A stretch of 64,000 bases of DNA from Squalus acanthias (Eukaryota), in contig CM059426.1 in the NCBI GenBank assembly GCA_030390025.1, forward strand, positions 88,412,001 through 88,476,000. The letters are read 5' to 3'. Within the stretch, counting starts at the first letter, position 1; the number at the start of each line of letters is the position of its first letter. This document shows, in pieces, positions 12,147-26,385 of this stretch. The notes under the pieces were generated by a model. It saw only the letters and a program-made list of their open reading frames with translations. It had not been told where the DNA came from and did no database searches. The translations under genes were made by a program, and so were the position numbers.

Positions 12147-13700
12147 ACAAGAACCTACATTTATATAGCATCCGCTAATGTAGATAAAACGTGTCAAAGC
12201 ACTTCACGAAGGTGTAAGGAAAAAAATGGACGCAAATCTTGAGGTAGGAGATATTAGGAGGGTGCTTGGTCAAAGAGATGAGTTTTAGGGAGGGTCTTAA
12301 AAGAGGAGAGGAAAGGGGAGAGGTGGTGTGCTCCAGAGAATTCCAGAGCATGGGGCCTAGGTGGCTGAAGGCACGACAGCCAATGGTAGCATGAGGGGAG
12401 GGGGGTAAGCACCAGAGACCAGAGTCAGAGGAACGGAGAGACTGGAGGGGGTCGTAGGGCTTGAGGAGATTACAGAGATAGGGAGGGACAAGGCCACAGA
12501 AGGATTTAAACACAAGAATGATAACTTCCAATTTGAAGCAGTGGGGCACTGGGAGTCAATGAAGGTCAGAGTAAGTTGGTGGGGCCACAATACGGGTAGC
12601 AGAGCTTTAGATGAGCCTTAGATTACGGAAGGTGGAGCATGAGAGTTCAGCTATGGAAGCATTGGCATAGTAGAGTCTAGAAATTACAAAGGCACGGATG
12701 AAGGTTTCAGCAGGTAGGGATGGAGTCAGGAAATGTTATGGAGGTGGAAGTAGGCAGTCTTTGTGATGGAGAGGATATGGGGTCGGAAACTAAGCTTGGG
12801 TTCAAATAGTACACCCCGATTGCGAACAGTCTGATTCAGCCTGAGACAGTGGCCAGAGGGAGATGGAATCGGTGACAAGGTTATGGAGTTTATGATGGAG
12901 GCTGAAAAAGATGGCTTCAGTCTTCCCAATATTTAGCTGGAGGAAATTGCCGAGCATTCAGCACTGGACGTTTGGACAACACAGAGGCAATGGAAAGGCT
13001 GAGAGAGGTGGTAGACAGGTCGACCTGGGTATCGTCAGCATACATGTGGAAGCTGACCCCATGTTTCCAGATGATGCCGACAAGGGACAGGCCAACATGT
13101 AGATGAGGAAGAGGAGGGGCCCAAGGATAGACTCTGATGGACTCTGGAGGTAACAGTGTGGGGGTGGGAAGAGAAAACATTGCTGGAGATGCTCTGGCTA
13201 CAATCAGATAAATATAAAATGGAACCAAGCGAGACAAGTCCCACTGAACTCGACACCAGAGGAGAAGCATTCGAAGAAGATGGTGTGATAGATTGTGACT
13301 GCAGTGTGGTTGAGGAGGACAAGGAGTGATAATAAAGCATGGTCACAGTCCAGAGGATGTCATTTGTCACTTCGATTAGGACATCACCTGTGAACAAAGT
13401 TTCAATCAAAGCTAGGATATCAATGCAATTATGGATGGCAAGGGCCTTGTTTATTAGTGAACGGGCATTACGGAGGGTAATGTGGAGAGGAATGGAGTCC
13501 AAAGAGTTAGTGGTGGGTGGGTGATTAGGATAGGAAAGAAGTTGGCGAGGTTAGCCCCCAGTAGGCATGCTGGGCAGGAAAGTTGGCAAGAGAAGAGGAT
13601 GGGGCAGTTGGGGTTGCTGCTCGTAGGAAGGCAGCAACGGGTGCCTCGATAAACCCTTTGGAGAATTACAAGAAAGGCATAGAGTGTATCTGTAGGCTTA
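12147..13700 (-). mobile_element. Degenerate L2-clade LINE fragments
   Basis: HMYADDTQ RT motif (12917-13270 frame); C-terminal FK..LVFKS..GL.PPYL..LRSSD pattern; 3' tail GCTATATAAATGTAGG; APE-like NARSLINK at ~13470. Confidence 0.8.
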
Positions 13701-14565
13701 TTCATGGGGCATTCAAGCCTGGAACAGCAGCAAGAGAATAGGAAGGCAGAGGAGTAATGATCGGTATGGGTAGGGATTGGGGGGGGGGGGGGGGGGGGGA
13801 TGAGGAAACCAAAGCTGGCTGACAGGAAGGGGAGGAGACAGGAGAAAGGCCCGTGAGGGGTGAGGAGAAAAAAGGGGAGATAAAAGTAATGGACTTGGGT
13901 CCGGAGTAACAGCCAAAAGGCACTCGTGATTAGACACAGGGAATTCGGGTTGCATAGTGACAGAGATTAGAAGAGACAGGTCCTGGTCATAGATAGAGGA
14001 CCTTCCCCTTATTCCAGGTGCCTTGTATTGGATAAATCAAAAATTGGTACAGTTGGTATTTCAATTTTGCAATAAATGCTAGAATATCTGATTAGCTGTC
14101 AGCCCCCAGGTGCAAAGCTTCACTGGAGCAACAACCTCAACAAACATCAAAGCACTAAACAAAGCAAGGTTCATAAATTCAATAGAGGAATTCAACTAAG
14201 GAAACAACTTTTTTTTAAACAGCCAATGTGGCCATTTGTACCAGAGCAGGTATCAATGTCCAGAACCCATGGAATTGTCAGGACTCGTCCACTGAAGTAC
14301 TTTCCATTAAAAAAATTCACATGCTGAAATTTGAGCCAGGTGCGTAAAGTCACCAAATCTAACTTGACTACATTGGTGCAGGTCCCACTTTGGTAATAGA
14401 ATGTTTAATACACCCATGTTTTAAACCTGTTTATAGTAATTAGGCCTAACAAACAAATTGGTGGTGAAATTGGTCTATGCCAGTAGCGGGAAAAGGACTC
14501 GTAGCGAATTGGCCGCCCATTTTACTCTCCCACACAAGAATAAAGGGTTACCACAGTATTCATGG

Positions 14566-15112
14566 TAGGATGACCATACGTCCCCGTTTTCTGGGGACAG
14601 TCCTGGATGAGGTACTATATCCCCGGGAAAATAATGTCCCCGGAAGAGTCCCTGGTTTACAAAACTCGTCCCCGAAGTGTATCCCTGGGCAGTGAGTGTA
14701 CCCCCGGGCAGTGAGTGTACCCCCGAGTTGTCAGTTTGTTGCTCTGAGGCTAAATTAAACAACAACTTGTATAATGGCCAGAGTGAGTCATTGCGCATGC
14801 GCGACTAGGTGAACTTTCTGCGCATGTGCCGGTGAGTTTCCGGCAGGGCTCGTGCTGCTGGATAGTCGGCGCCGGAAGTGCCTGGGAGAATGGCAACCGG
14901 AGCGGGTGAGGGAGAGGCTGCGGGGGAGGGCCCGGTCACAGTCACCAGGGGCGGGCTAATCCTAGACACTGTGGAGGAGTCAGGTGTGACCTCAGTCATT
15001 GGGGGGGGGGGGGGAAGAGGGGCGGCAGATCAGGTGTCTGAATGCGCTTCAATAGTGGGACATCACATCCGCGGTAATTTTACGCACATTTGTTTTGCAT
15101 TTGTAGTGTATG

Positions 15113-15146
<34 letters not shown>

Positions 15147-15248
15147 GTTGCCTCGCTACGCTGCGTAACCTACATTTCCATCCTGGCTACTTGCTGTGCT
15201 CCCACCCTGTGTGTCCCTGGATTCGGTTTAGAAAATACGGTCACCCTA
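14566..15248. mobile_element. hAT (Blackjack/MER81-like) non-autonomous element
   Basis: Termini TAGGATGACCATACGTCCC and GGTCACCCTA; subterminal GTCCC/GGGAC repeats; no clean 8-bp TSD. Confidence 0.6.
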
Positions 15249-16014
15249 GTGTATAGGAAAGGGACAGTGAAAATAACATTCCATGCTGTTGCAGTGAATC
15301 TGGGCATCAGCGCAGTTGGCAACTCAGAGCATAAGCTTTTGTTTTGTTGAAGCTGAAGTATGTGACAAGATTTATATAACACAAAGCAACTTGCATAGAA
15401 TTGATTGCATGCAAACACGAAGAGTACTGGGGGCCAAGTTGCAATAGAACACAGATTCCTACACAAGCTCCCTTAAGGCCCATATTTCAGCTGCCTGATT
15501 GTTTGCACGTTCCCACTGTGCTCGGGAGGACTGCAGGAGCCACTTTCGAGTACCTTTGAGCAGCTGCCTCAGAGTGGAATGGAGTAGCCTGGAAGCAGTT
15601 TCTTTTCTTCCGCTACTGGTGTGTGGTTACTACTATTAACTCCAATCATTGAAATGTACATGTAATTTAGAATTCTATATAGTATTCTAGCTCATTTTCT
15701 TCTGCAGTAATCAAGTGATATATAAGCAGGAGCTCACTCTCCCCTATTGGCTATCACGTTACCCCGTTGCCAAATAAACCAAAAACAGTAAATCAAAACA
15801 CAGGAAGAGGTAATAAATCATATTATATTTCTATGAAGAATATACCGTAAAACAGATGCATTCAAATCAGTAATAAATTGAGACAATGTTGATAAACTGT
15901 GAGCATTGCTCTTGCATGCTATTTCATCTCCATTCCCTGATGTGTTACTGCTTTTTAACACACAACATTGTGATATATCTACAATATTCATCATGCGTTT
16001 TCTTACTTTCTTAC

Positions 16015-16109
16015 CTTCTTAGCAATGCATAGAGTACGAAGACCCTCTTTGGCATAATAGTCTAAGTAATTCTGTGTCCTTTCCTGAATGGCCCTCTGTT
16101 GCCTGTGGC
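16015..16109 (-). CDS. ATP10D: P4-ATPase exon (N domain, EGLRTLC)
   Basis: [32 protein letters not shown] read manually; TTGCAG acceptor, GTAAGA donor; not shown in this frame in the ORF track. Confidence 0.92.
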
Positions 16110-17989
16110 CTGCAAGGTAAGCACGAGTCAATGAAGAACCAGCTCAAAACCCTGCAAACTATCCTGTATGACAGAAACCATATTTGATTCCATTTCACGT
16201 ACAATTAAACATGACCCATGTTACCATTGAAAACAGATGGTCTGTGGGTAAAAGAAAGGCACAGTGAAATCACAGAACCACTCTGCAATCTGTGAGTCAA
16301 TATAGTCCGCAATTACAATTTTACATCAAATATTTATTATTTCAGTAACAAAGGACTGTGGGATACAACCTATATTCCCACTCATGGTTTGACCATAATG
16401 CACTCATGGCCTAGTAAATTGCCAGCAAATTTGTGTGATACAAACCAAATCCCACATCTGATCAGGTATCCTCCATAAACGTTGTTACAATTCAAGCTTT
16501 CTCCCAACACTTAACTGTGCTCACATCAAATTGCCAGTTTCGATAAGCAGGCTGAGGCTCCCATGCAGTGAAACTTGCAATCTTGTGTGCCATGAATGAG
16601 ACAGTGTACCACAGGACTAACAGTTGCCCTTTAAAATGATCCTGTGCATTGCAGGCTATGTACTAAGCCCACCACTCTCTCCTGTCCACGGAGGTGATAA
16701 GTACCATTCTGTTGGACTGTTACACTCAGGCTCCCTTGGCCCTAATCTCACTGAACTCCTGACCACCAACTTTCCTTCCTGGCTTCCATGATAGCTGACA
16801 CTATAAATGATTCCCTCTACCTCATTTATTTGTGCCATGAAAAATAAAGGCTGTGATATCCCACAAATAAACACAATTGTTTTAAACTTAATTGACGTAT
16901 CTTATTAATCAAACACACTATTTGAAATATGATCAGCTTTCAAGATTTCTTTCACTGATGTCGGCGAGACCGAGAACCTCAGCTACTGACAGTTTCAAAG
17001 AGAAATAATTTTCACTTCATGTCAGTAATTACTGAATAAAATATTGGGAGCATCTAGCAGCACATACAAAAGATTATTATAATTAATGTGAAATTGAAAA
17101 TACATTTCACCTACAAAAAGAGTAAGCCAAAAAATCTATTTGTGTGGTGAAGGCAGAAACTCGGCAGCTCTCCGGATCGGTGAGCAGAAAATGGAGCACA
17201 ACCTGGTTCCACTCCGCTTCTTAGGTCCTTCCATTTTCCGCTCGGGGCTGGGGGGGGGGGGGGGGGGGGGGCGGGGGAGTCGGGTGTTTGGATCTTCCAG
17301 CTACATCTCCTACATCAAGAGGTTGTGTCTGGGGAGTTTCTGGACTACCCTGGGAATTCTACCCCTCTGCCCTGATAAAGGTCTGAATGGAACTCTCTCC
17401 AGCTGAGACCTAAAAGTTTAATTGAGGCCTTCGGAAAGGTGCCCATCACCTCTGATGACGAGGACAATCAATCTCAGAGGGGATGAATTACCTTTGCTTA
17501 GCCTGCAAATGGCTTTCTTTGCAGCAGAAAACTTATATCACTTCTGTTTCTTCAGCCCGTGAAGGGTCTGGCCTCTAGGTGGGAACCTATAGCAGAGTGG
17601 CTATGACTCACTCTGCCTTTCAAGGGTGGATGAGGGAAGGCTCCACTGAAATGAGCTTGCAGGCTCCAACAGTCCATGGGTTGCCCCGACTATGCTAACA
17701 GCTCAATCCCTGTGATATGGGTTGGGGGTCAATGTCTTTGGGGATCAATGGTGGGCTTAGGCCTTCGCTACCATACTTCCACGGGTGGAGTGGTCTAGAA
17801 GTTTAGATAGTGTATCTGAAAATCAAACTTGGGTAATTAAAATGGACGATTAACTATAATGGTAAACCAACTCTGCAGAACAGAGATTAAGATCTTTGTA
17901 TCAAGTCTTAATCATAAGAATTTTTATGAATAGGAACACTGGACTCAAATAAGCAGTCCCTCTTTCATATATCAATTCCACTTGCCTGT

Positions 17990-20420
17990 CTTTTCACCAT
18001 ATCTCTCAATCCTTCTCTCTCCAAATCCAATTATCTTTTTAACCCGCTTATTGTTCTTGCTGCAATGGCTTTCCCTTGCTTATTCTACAACTCTATTACA
18101 CATTGGTTGAAAAAGTTCCACTTGATTTTCGTTCTTACTCTTAACTTTGTCATTTTTAACCTGTGCCACCTAGTGTTTCAACCTTTCACCACAGTGAACA
18201 ATTGGCCTGTTTCCTTCATCATAATCTTTAACATTTCAATGAGCTCAATTCAAATGGATTTTGGGGAAGAGTGTTCCAGATTTTCACTACCATTAGAGTG
18301 AAAAAGTGCTTCCTGATTTGACTCCTAAATGGCCGAGCTCGAATTTTAACATTATGCCTCCTCATTCTGGATTTCCTCACCAGAGGAAATAGTTTCTCTG
18401 TATCTACCCTACTGAATCCCTTTATCTTTTTAAAGACTTTGATTAGGTCACCCCTCAACCGTCTAAATTCAAGGGAATGCAAACCAAGTTTACGGAACCT
18501 GTCTTCATAAATTAACTCTTTAAGCCGTGGTATAATTTTGGTGAATCTGTGCTGTACCCCCTCCAAAGCCAATATATCATTCCTGAGGTTTGGTGCCCAA
18601 AACTGAATGCAGTACTCCGGATGGGGGTTTGACCAAGGCTCCGAACAACTGAAACATAATTTCCTCACTTTTGTATTCCAACCTCCTTAAAATAAAGGCC
18701 AACATTCCATTAGCCTTTTTGTACCTGTGCACTAGCTTTAATGATCTTTGCACATGGACAGCGAAAATCTCTTTGCTCCTCCACAGCTCCTAGTCTCTAA
18801 CCATTAGGAAATTATTACATTTGTCTTTCTTGGATCCAAAGTGGATGATCTCACACTTCCGCACATTGAACTCCAATTGCCACAGTTTTACTCAGTCACT
18901 TAGTGTGTCTATGTCTTTTTGTAACTTTCTGCTCCCATCTACACAAATTACTGTACCTCCTAACTTAGTGTTATCTGAGAACTTGGATATACAACTCTAT
19001 ATTCCTTTCATCCAAGTAATTGATAGACATGGTGAAAAGTTGAAGCCCCAGTACAGATGCCTGGGGAACACCACTTGTCAAATCCTGTCAATTATGAAAC
19101 AAACCCTTTATCCCTACTCTCTGTCTCCTACCTCCCAACCAATTATCAACCCATGTCATAAGGTTACCTCCAATTCCATGTGCTCTTATGTTTGCTAATT
19201 ATCTACTGTGCGGAACCTGACTAAATGCCAGAGGGTGGGGGTCTGGAACTCACGACCTGAAAGGGTGGTAGAGGCAGAAACCCTCATCACATTTAAAAAG
19301 TACTTGGATATGCACTTGAAGTGCCATAACCTACAAGGCTATGGACCAAGAGCTGGAAAGTGGGATTAGTCTGGATAGCTCTTTTTCTGCCGGCACAGAC
19401 ACGATGGGCCGAATGGCCTCCTTCTGCACTGTAAACTTCTATGATTCAATGCTTCTGGAAGTCCATATAGACAATATCCGTAGACACTCCCCTATCCACT
19501 AGGCTACTGGCCGCCTCAAAATATTGAACTAGATTAGTCATACATGACCCACTTTTCACAAATCCATGCTGACTCTCTTTGATCAGCTCAGTCACTCTCT
19601 CTCTGATAATAGATTCCAGTAACTTCCCCTCAACTGATGTTAAACTGACAGGTCTATAGTTTGCTGGTTTCTCCCTCCCTCCCTTCTTAAATAATGGAGT
19701 GACATCTATAATTTTCCAATCCAAAGTCATAATTCCTGAATATAGAGAGCTTTGGAAAAATTTGATTAACACATCTGCAATTTCCTCTCCTATTTCTTTT
19801 AATACTCTGAGGTGGAAATCATCAGGTTCTGGAGATTTGTCTATCTTAAGTCTCATTATTTTCTCCATTTCCATTTTTTAAAAAGCTTATATTAAATCCA
19901 TTATTTTCCTCCCCATGACTTATTTTTAGGTTCCTTTGTACAGCTGGTATTTTGTTCTCTTCCTCTACTGTGCAAACGGATACAAAGTACTCATTTAACA
20001 AGGCTGATAGTCTCGCCTGCATCTGTCTTTAATGGGCCCACATTTCCCTTTACCATTCTCTTTCTCTTAATATATCACTTGCAAGTTTTTTTTATATTCC
20101 CTTTCTGCACCTCTTATTACTTTATTTTTATCCCTTTGTTACATTTTATAGCTCTCCCAGTCTGCTGGATTTCCACTTTTCCTTACATTTGTGTAAACCA
20201 TTACTTTTAGCTTGATACTGTCTCCTACCTCATTTCTTGATCACAGTTACTTAATTACACAAATGGAGCCTTTGCCTCATTGTGGGACAGAGCCCTGCAA
20301 ATTTACTGGTTTTGTATTGTACCAAATACTTCTTTGACTACTTCTCACTATTTGTCTGTAGATTTACCCATCAACAGCTTACTCTGGTCAATTCACTTCA
20401 CGATCCTCTGAAGTTTGCCT
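17990..20420 (-). mobile_element. Degenerate CR1 LINE (ORF2 fragments)
   Basis: ORFs 19446-19874 (KSPEPD, NYRPVSLTS, QHGF, YMDFQK) and 18228-18668 (EYCIQFWAP, RRLRGDLI). Confidence 0.85.
19230..19447 (+). mobile_element. Short CR1 3'-end insertion nested in the antisense CR1
   Basis: Similar to the 7389-7575 CR1 tail; AATGC repeated on both flanks. Confidence 0.75.
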
Positions 20421-20739
20421 TAATTAAATTTAAAAGTTTGGTATGAGACTGGTTTGTAATACAGGAGGTGTGCCTGTCGTGAGCAGCCAATTGTTAACAG
20501 TCTAACCTGGGAAATGTGATCCAGAGAGTCAGGGCTCAGACTTGTTAGTTGCTAGATTCTTCTTGGCTGGGTTATGGTGTACAAGAGACAGGAAAAGAGA
20601 AAGAATTGTTTTTTTTTAAAAAGCAATTTTGCTGCGGTTTTACAACAGATATTGTGAGCATTTTGAAACTGAAAAAAGGTACCCAGAATTCAAAGAGTTA
20701 ATGGACAGGCAAATGCAAATACTGTAACCGTCTACGTAC

Positions 20740-21373
20740 CTTTAGCAGAAGTGTCCAGAAGATCCATCATGACTGAATCGGCACCTTTTGTATAAACAAC
20801 TACTTTATTAGTCAGTGGATGCCGGACTACCACAGACATCCTCTTTCTAATTGAGTCAAATGGTAAGATGTGCAAGAGTTGAAAATGTAATCGCCCTACT
20901 TTGCTGAGCTCCACAGTGACTTGATCAGAAGTCTTAGATAATAAAATACACTTGTAGGCCCGAGCCGCATGTACCAGCGCAGCTTCATCTGGGCTCTCAG
21001 CTTCATAACGCAATTTAGAATTACTGCATTTCTCTGCGACTGTGTCCGGACCTGTGGATGAACCGCCTGCAGCTTCATCATGCTCTTCTGACACATTCTG
21101 AACACTTTCCTCAGCTGGACTTTGGCCACCAGTGGCTTTGATTCCCTTGGCTGATCCAGCAGCTGCTTCATTTTGTTCCTTGAGTGCACAGGGTGAAGCC
21201 GGCTTCACTCTATTTAATAGTCTGTTCGCAAAAGTACTTGGACTTTCTGCAGATGAATCTTTTCCACTTGAAAGAGAGGATGGGCTCATACGAGACACCG
21301 AGAATCTTTGAAACATCTGCTTTATCTCTTCCAGGGACTTCAATGGAGTATTGCTGACTGAAGGTACTCTTAC
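20740..21373 (-). CDS. ATP10D: P4-ATPase exon (large N-domain exon)
   Basis: [15 protein letters not shown]...KPASP...[18 protein letters not shown]...[17 protein letters not shown]...YTKGADS; the KSLEEIK/KPASP insert is ATP10D-type. Confidence 0.95.
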
Positions 21374-22629
21374 CTTTATTGACATAAAAATAAATTTAAA
21401 TTAGATAGACAAGCTTCACCATTTTCACATGAATAAAAAATAACTGTTACTTCACTCCAATAGGAAAAGATTACTTGTTTTTAAATAACTTAAAAATCAT
21501 GTTGGGATACATTTACTAAGTCAGGGTTCATTGCTTCCAATAATAATGGATTTTGCCTGAATTTATTACTTCAGAGCTGTTATTATAAATCCATTCACTT
21601 TGTCCATGACCAACATCGCAGGTGGCAAACCAGTATGTAATAAAATCAGGCTGTGGGCTTTCATCAAGCACATCTTTTGGGGTCGAGAGCTTGTGAGGTA
21701 ATGACGGCTCAAAAGAAGCCTTCTTAAAAAAAGTTATTAACAGAAACAATAATTCAGAAAAGCCAGTGATAATACTTATTGAGTTATATTTCTCTTCAGT
21801 TCAATTGTCAGCCTTAGCTCATCTTCTCTAACTTATACCAATTCCACTCCACTCATTATGGAACTTTTCCAACTTATGCACATGTGAACTTGAAATGGAC
21901 ACCCAGCTGACAAAATATAAATCCCTCTTCAACTTGCCATGCTTATTTTAGGAGGCAGCAATCATTCTGTGATCACTGAACACATCCATATAACACCATC
22001 CATATAAAACAGAAATCTCCTGGCTTTAGTTAATTGTACTTCTAGAGCAGAAGACTCAAAGGAGGGATTTGATAGGTGCACTGTCTAACAGCCTCAGAAC
22101 TCTTTATTGCTTTACATCAGAGTTTCTCCTCAGTCAGAAGGTGTCATAAGCAGCAATTGGGAAGAAATTTAACATTACACAATCTCATAATTTTTGCATC
22201 TGCAATTCTTCCAAAATCAAACATTGTAACAGGTAAAATAGAGTGAAGTTATTTTTCTTTAAAAATACAATTTGTTACACCCATTTCAAAGTTTTCTTGA
22301 CGTGCAGATCAATTATCAGATCTCATTTTGTCCATCAGTCTTAGAAGACAGGAATATGAAATGAAAATATTAATGCAAATTAATGGTAATCTTATGGAAT
22401 ATTACATCTTCAAGAACTGGTGAAGATGGAAAAACTAGGTTAATTAAAGTTCATTGTATTTGTTGCACCCTTTTCATAAATAGCCTGAACTATGTCACTG
22501 CACAAAAGTCAAGAAATCTGATAAGCATTCAACAATCTATCCGTATAGGAACTTCAAACCTGGAAATATAATTCTAACATGGAGAAGAGTAATCCAGTTA
22601 CACCTTTTCAAACCATTTTTAATTTTAAA

Positions 22630-22950
22630 GAACTTATCACATCTCTCAAACTTTCCAAAGTGCTTCACAATAAGTGAATTACATTATGCAGTTACTATTA
22701 TGTGGATAAACCCAACAGCCATATTGTGCACAGCAAGGTCCCACAAACAGCAATGAGCTGAATGACCAGTTGATCTGTTTTTGGTGGCATTGGTTAAAGG
22801 AGGCAAGTTGGCCAAGACACTAGCAGAATTCTACTCTTTTTCAAATAGTGCCATAGGATCTTTAACATCCACCGAACAGGCAGACAGTGCCTCATTTAAC
22901 ATTTCAGCTGAAAGATGGCCTTTAAAACAATACAGCTCCTTCAGTGCACA
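22630..22950 (-). mobile_element. DeuSINE (SacSINE1/AmnSINE-like) relic
   Basis: GCACAGCAAGGTCCCACAAACAGCAATGAG...GACCAG and TAGTGCCATAGGATCTTT motifs shared with other copies in the window. Confidence 0.65.
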
Positions 22951-23297
22951 GAAACACATTTTTTGGAACAAGCTATACACATAATTATACACAAAGTTTA
23001 TTATAAATTCCTGTGCTGGTTCTGCTGTTAAAACAATAATTACCTCAAAGTAGTGCACTTATCATGGGTTATAGCACATTTTAGCACTTAGTTCATATTA
23101 GTGGCAGTTTTGTACTGAGAGCCCACACTCACTTGTAACTGGGTTGAAACTATCCCATCTAATTTCACACAGAACCCTACAGTTATCAAACAGGAGAGTT
23201 TCACACTATCAGTCAGTACTCGATTTAAAACCAGATTACAGAGTTCCAAGAAAAACTTATTTAAACAAATCAAATATTGAATAAACGTTGGCCTTAC

Positions 23298-23486
23298 CCG
23301 CTGTCTTTGCTGGTTAAGAGATGACACCACGACAGTGTTACAGATGGCTAAGGCAAGGAAAAAGTCAACAATGTATGTGAATTCCAGGGAGAGCCCTTTA
23401 TCTGCCTCATCCAACAAGTCCAGTGGCCGAGATGTAATGTGTTCTAATTTCCTTAGGAGTTGAGAATCTGGTGCAACATCCCTCTC
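23298..23486 (-). CDS. ATP10D: P4-ATPase exon
   Basis: ERDVAPDSQLLRKLEHITSRPLDLLDEADKGLSLEFTYIVDFFLALAICNTVVVSSLNQQRQR; canonical splice sites. Confidence 0.94.
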
Positions 23487-24617
23487 CTGCAAATTATAAC
23501 ATTATTATTAGGCTGAGGGATCTGTTAAAATCTGCAGTGTAGAGGAGGCAGAAGTGGAGGGGCGGGAAGGGAGAGAGGAATGTAGTTAACTTGTTTTGTT
23601 ATAATTCTAATGGCTTCACTTTCCATAAGCATTTAAGTTTTTTTTATTTCTGAGGGAAAGAACTTTAAAAAGAAAAGTTACAGGAACATTCATCCATAAA
23701 GACTAAGTTAGTCACAACAGCTTTTTTTGTTAATTCCAAGTTCTTGCTCTTTCACGCTATCACGTAATACCAGTACTTGTAAACTATGTAGCCCACTGTT
23801 AAACACCTCAATTGATTCAGTATCTCTATAGCTTTCTGGGACAGTGCATTCCACGTTCTCAGAACCCTTTGTATGAAGAATTTTTATCTTTGTTAATTTT
23901 AAATGAAGCACGTTCTAATTTTAAGAGTATGTTCTGTTGTTCTGCATTCCCCTACTATAGGAAACACTTCCTTCCATTATTTTACTATTCTTTAATAATT
24001 TAAGGATCTCAGTAAAATCATCCCTTTGCCTCCTTGTCTCTAGGAGATATAACCCAAGTTTATTCATGCATCTACAATAAATCTCCCTGGGATTTTCCAT
24101 TTTCTGTTTACAGGAATAGCCTGTCTTTGCTTGGCATCTGCCCTTACGGCCGAACCTGGGAACTCACCATGTGGAAGTGAGCAAGTTGGAACCTATGCTG
24201 CACTATTCTCTGATACAGAAGCCTAATGTACTTTTCAAGTTTAATAAATACCTAAAGTAAAATTGTCCAGAGTATTTGCAAATAAGAAAAAGCTGAGCCT
24301 TAGGATCAGGTTTTTATTTCTGGTTAAATGTTAAAGGTGTCACATTTCTCGTACTTTTTCATCCAAAAAAAGGAGTAGAATGTGATTTGATCGCACACCT
24401 GTTGCAGCTTTTGTTTGTGTCCTATAAACTTTAGAAAGTATATTAAGCTGAGAAAGCAAGAGCGAGAGTGACAGAGTGAGAAAGGGTGAGTGAGAGGAAG
24501 TCTACTGTGTATTTATTGTGGTATTGCTATGTATTCAAACTTAGAACACTGTACAATGGAGATATGAATTAGAAGACTTTATAATCAAAAGAAACAGCAC
24601 AGAGCGGGCATACTCAC

Positions 24618-24856
24618 AATTGAGCTGCTGAATGCCACATGACATGAGTGTGTAACATTTTCATGTTCATCTTCACATGCATCTCCCTCCCTGAGTGTTG
24701 AGCAATTAGCAGTTAGGCAATTCAATGAGCTGTGGCTCCGCAGCACAGGTAAAGATCTGCAGCTGTCTGAACGGTGCCCAAACTTACAAACGGATCCCAG
24801 AGAAATGTTCGATAAATCTTCAGTGTTAAAATCCTGATACAACTCCAGTCTTTTTG
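24618..24856 (-). CDS. ATP10D: P4-ATPase exon (variable cytosolic region)
   Basis: AKRLELYQD...CHVAFSSSI; CAG acceptor, GTGAGT donor; phase fits flanking exons. Confidence 0.9.
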
Positions 24857-26122
24857 CTGAGGGGCAGGGAAAAGACAAAACCAAGATGAAAGTAAAGAGT
24901 TATACTGGAATGGTTCAAGTATTCCAGCTTTCTCTTTTCACACAAATGACATAGATGGCATTTCCTCATTGAATTGAATCCTTTCACCATCCAATGCTGA
25001 ACAGAAATGCTGTTCCTTTCGACGTACCTTGTTTGAAGATCTTAAAGGGGCACTATGCACATCTTCAGTCCACGTGTGCACAAAATTACAGTGTTGTCCA
25101 ACAGATATTGCTAACTAGACACAAGTGTGGCTTGGGCAATATCGTTTTAGCCATATGCACTAATTTTTGTAGAAAATGCCTTGCATACACTCACACAATA
25201 CAGGTAAATATACTACCCATGTGTATATTTACTTAACAAATATCTACCACCATTCAGTAATCAAGGAAATAAAGCATTCACAAATGATCAAAAAACACTT
25301 AAACTCTGCTTTTCATCCACCATTTTAGCAACAAACACACAAAAAGGTTAAAGTGCACATGCATACACCGTGCCAATAGGAGTATGGAGATCAAATGCCC
25401 AACGACAGTGTTTATTACTCATCTTTATTTACTAACCAGAAATACAATTAACCACATGTGGATTCTCAATTAGTCATATGTGGCTAGTGGCTGATGTATT
25501 GGGCAACACTAGCGTACAATAGGTACACTGGGATGCTCATAGAGCCTGTCTGCTGGCTGGTACGGAGCTTACTATAACTGGTTAGATTACAGATAGATTG
25601 GGAACTATCTTTTTCACAGTCTCCATCAGATACTGTACTCACAATAGAACTCAACAAATACTGTGTAAAAAAGACAAAGATGGTTCCTGATCTGTGTGTA
25701 AAAAGATGATTGCCAGACAGTGGACATGCCCCTTCCTTAAAACATGTCTGCCTCACTTCCACTTGAATAGATTAGCCTTCCAGTCCATTTTCCAATGATG
25801 TTTAAAAAGGGCCATTATAGGCCAACTGTGCAAAATGTGCAGGAGGTTAAACAGCTGACACGATGTAGTCCCCTCTTCTTTACCTTGTCCTTCACTTTTA
25901 AAAGTTTAATTAATAATTTATTTTCGACTAGTAGCTTCTTGTTTTAGAAGCATTTTTTCTTTTTAATTTGAGAACATGGCACAGGCTGCCCAGGTTCAAA
26001 TAACAGTCTTAAATGGTCCATACAGAAGAGATCATGATGTGGAGATGCCGGTGTTGGACTGGGGTGGACAAAAGTGAGAAGTCGCACAACACCAGGTTAT
26101 AGTCCAACAGCTTTATTTGAAA

Positions 26123-26160
26123 TCACAAGCTTTCGGAGCGGCTGCTCCTTCGTCAGGTGA
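26123..26160 (-). ncRNA. Minimal type I hammerhead ribozyme motif
   Basis: Minus strand reads TCAC-CTGACGA-A-GGAGC(AGCC)GCTCC-GAAA-GC-TT-GTGA. Confidence 0.78.
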
Positions 26161-26347
26161 AGTGAAGAAATACAAATGGGCACAGCATATAAAGACAGAG
26201 AACAATGCCTGTGCAGAGAACAATGTCAGACAACTACAGTTAATCTTTAAGGCAGTTAGAAAGATTAACTGTAGTCGTCTGGCATTGTTCTCTGCACAGG
26301 CATTGTTCTCTGTCTATATATGCTGTGCCCATTTGTATTTCTTCACT

Positions 26348-26385
26348 TCACCTGACGAAGGAGCAGCCACTCCGAAAGCTTGTGA
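26348..26385 (+). ncRNA. Minimal type I hammerhead ribozyme motif (mirror copy, one stem II mismatch)
   Basis: TCAC-CTGACGA-A-GGAGC(AGCC)ACTCC-GAAA-GC-TT-GTGA. Confidence 0.72.
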